Source: an uncultured Pseudomonadales bacterium (GTDB lineage: Bacteria; Patescibacteriota; Microgenomatia; UBA1400; PJMF01). Taken from it: a DNA stretch of 64,000 nucleotides. The stretch is from NCBI GenBank assembly GCA_964533345.1, contig CAZHLX010000001.1:1292-65291 (forward strand), written 5' to 3'. Below the pieces are notes generated by a model, which had not been told where the DNA came from, made no database searches, and saw only the letters and a program-made list of their open reading frames with translations. Shown here one piece after another: positions 63,144-64,000 of this stretch (positions are counted from its first letter, which is position 1; each line of letters begins with the position of its first letter). Both the position numbers and the translations under genes were made by a program.

Positions 63144-63365
63144 ATGGCAAGCTTTGATTTTAAATATCCATCTAAGGCACATGTCGGGAAAAATGTTTCC
63201 CATGCCAAGAACCGTAGTTCTCGAATTTTCAGGAGAAATCTCCATACTGTAACTGTTATGGTTGAAGGCAAGAAAAAGAGGATGCGAGTTCCAACCAAAG
63301 TTCTGCGAATGATGAAAAAATCTGGGGTAACCACTCACTGGAAAAAACCAGAGTCTAAAGATTAA
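63144..63365 (+). CDS. rpmB: Ribosomal protein L28
   Basis: VGKNVSHAKNRSSRIFRRNLHTVTVMVEGKKKRMRVPTKVLR matches the L28 pattern G.N.SHA.N...R.F..NL. Confidence 0.75.
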   Translation: MASFDFKYPSKAHVGKNVSHAKNRSSRIFRRNLHTVTVMVEGKKKRMRVPTKVLRMMKKSGVTTHWKKPESKD

Positions 63366-64000
63366 TTCTCAACTACGTTCTTAACTTCATGCCATGGCTT
63401 TTCAGTCATGCCTTCTATTTTGACAATTTCTAAAGTTAGATAACCCCTCTCATTGAGGCTGGTTTTAATGATCTGCATGCGACGCTGACCCTTGGGAGTT
63501 GGAACTTGAGTCCATAGTAGTGGCCAAGGTGAGTAAGCACGACTAGCTCGTTCTAGCTTCATTGCTAAGTTCTGATCTGTGGTCATAGCTTGGAAAAATT
63601 CTTCCCATTTCACAAATGCATCCTGTTTATTAATCTTTTTTGCAAGTGGAGTAGGTGAAGTTGCTGGTTGGGGAATAGGGATTAGCTTATTTTGGGCTAG
63701 TTTAATCATAACTTCTGCTAGCTGTTGAGTGACCAAGTTAAAACTATATTGATAGTACTCAACCTGGGTCCAGCTAGGATCAACGATGAACTCTTGTTGC
63801 CAAGCGACCGGTCCCTGATCAAACTCACTAGTCATCTGAATGATGCTCACCGCTGAGGTCTCATCGCCATTAAGTAGCACAAACTGTCCAGGTGAACTGC
63901 CACGCCATTTAGGTAAAGCAGATGGATGAATATTAAGAGGCATGATTTGAGGCAATTCTAGTAACCACTTTGGAATCCAGTAGCCAAAATCAACTACAAG
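63362..64000 (-). CDS. fmt: Methionyl-tRNA formyltransferase, C-terminal ~210 aa (5' end outside the window)
   Basis: The frame is open to the window edge. NIHPSALPKWRGSSPGQFVLLNGDETSAVSIIQM..FDQGPV is the formyltransferase catalytic block. A C-terminal Fmt beta-barrel region follows. Confidence 0.8.
   Translation of the reverse strand, partial: LVVDFGYWIPKWLLELPQIMPLNIHPSALPKWRGSSPGQFVLLNGDETSAVSIIQMTSEFDQGPVAWQQEFIVDPSWTQVEYYQYSFNLVTQQLAEVMIKLAQNKLIPIPQPATSPTPLAKKINKQDAFVKWEEFFQAMTTDQNLAMKLERASRAYSPWPLLWTQVPTPKGQRRMQIIKTSLNERGYLTLEIVKIEGMTEKPWHEVKNVVEN

Noticed and set aside
63087-63338. Two minus-strand ORFs (83 and 64 aa) opposite rpmB
   Set aside because: The plus-strand frame gives a clear L28 signature, so the minus-strand ORFs are shadows.

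Overview
The window is gene-dense. Most spacers are short and many stop/start codons overlap. Spot counts of housekeeping lines give about 40-47% G+C. There is no rRNA, CRISPR array, transposase or integrase. The content and style fit a small-genome, cell-surface-rich bacterium such as the Patescibacteria/CPR type. That lineage call is an inference only.

Housekeeping genes I can support:
- Aminoacyl-tRNA synthetases: leuS (partial), argS, and a thrS that lacks the TGS domain.
- A rearranged secE-nusG-rplK-rplA // rplJ-rplL cluster, plus rpmG, rpmB and fmt (partial).
- ndk, maf and mtnN.
- murD with an overlapping PP-loop gene, and a TagA-type glycosyltransferase.
- A divergent mreB-like gene.
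- comEA plus a split comEC.
- A 51-aa tatA that the ORF track missed.
- Six tRNAs: Arg-CCU, Pro-CGG, Thr-GGU, Tyr-GUA, Thr-UGU and Trp-CCA.

Accessory content of interest:
1. A translationally coupled trio at 24.9-35.8 kb. It comprises a 2,375-aa Kelch-like/FN3 surface protein, a small FN3 membrane protein, and an ATPase-fused MacB/FtsX-type ABC protein with an oversized ectodomain.
2. Adjacent genes at 43.7-46.8 kb, one with a C-terminal dockerin-like module and one with an N-terminal cohesin-like module. A Wzy_C-type membrane protein and a GalU-like enzyme sit next to them.
3. Tandem secreted paralogs at 8.7-11.3 kb with CGDGxC cysteine repeats.
4. A small-ORF island at 53.7-56.9 kb with near-consensus promoters and structured leaders.
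5. A markedly AT-rich two-component module at 56.9-58.9 kb whose kinase is split at a T6 run.

Everything was read by eye from the sequence and the supplied translations. No searches were run, so family names rest on motifs and are provisional.
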